Part shown: positions 63,825 to 64,000 of the stretch, in pieces
Numbering within the stretch: the stretch's first letter is position 1
Layout of the letters: each line of letters opens with the position of its first letter
Assembly (NCBI GenBank): GCA_977020255.1
Contig: CDROCS010002866.1
Coordinates: forward strand, 124,001 to 188,000
DNA: 64,000 bases
From: Obrimoposthia wandeli
Lineage: Eukaryota
Direction of reading: 5' to 3'
The notes under the pieces: model-generated
Told to the model about the DNA's origin: nothing
Databases searched by the model: none
Seen by the model: the letters and a program-made list of their open reading frames with translations, nothing else
Position numbers and translations under genes: made by a program

Positions 63825-64000
63825 TTACCAAATATCCAACATAGGGCCAGCATGTTCGACGATTTCAGCAAAATATATTTAATACTCATGGCTATAAATT
63901 ATAAATGGTAAAGGCATATAAAAAACAGCAAACAGATAATGCTAACAACACCAAACCGCGGATTTTAATTAACACCTTTGGTAACTTACTAGGTAACAAT
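63825..64000 (-). pseudogene. 3' end of a membrane-protein gene running off the window, apparently disrupted
   Basis: Hydrophobic frame ...KIRGLVLLALS shifts into FAVFYMPLPFIIYSHEY*IYFAEIVEHAGPMLDIW*. Confidence 0.35.

Noticed and set aside
1-64000. tRNA, rRNA, integrase, prophage or recognisable restriction/abortive-infection genes
   Set aside because: No such signatures seen by eye in the ORFs or intergenic DNA.

Overview
AT-rich chromosomal window from a gammaproteobacterium, probably marine (host inferred from gene content only). Most of it is housekeeping and metabolism: dcd, mrp/apbC, trmA, metG, sdaA, ETF-QO, bkdR-bkdA1A2B, a cyclophilin, yhhQ with a type III preQ1-I riboswitch, long-form aceA, a DEAD-box helicase, trpS, yaaA, avtA, argC, cbiQO, an NdpA/YejK-family protein, fnr/anr, apt and recQ. 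One accessory zone (about 25.97-33.3 kb) holds an intact IS4-family element with 9-bp target duplications, followed by about 6 kb of decayed gene fragments (membrane protein, ABC1 kinase, methyltransferase, GNAT), an intact DinB gene, degenerate direct repeats and attC-like half sites. The ORF track does not show two non-autonomous element types: three ~150-bp IS4-type MITEs with 9-bp target duplications and an IHF-consensus site, and one 151-bp IS1182-like MITE. The best candidates for uncharacterised biology are these MITEs, a coupled DUF2868/DUF3482-GTPase membrane pair, an orphan ADP-ribosyltransferase-fold-like protein, a tandem-duplicated-domain protein, a TrpRS with an unusual C-terminal extension and the decayed cassette-like region. 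I saw no tRNA, rRNA, CRISPR array, integrase or clear complete defence system. All family calls come from motif recognition by eye; no database search was run.
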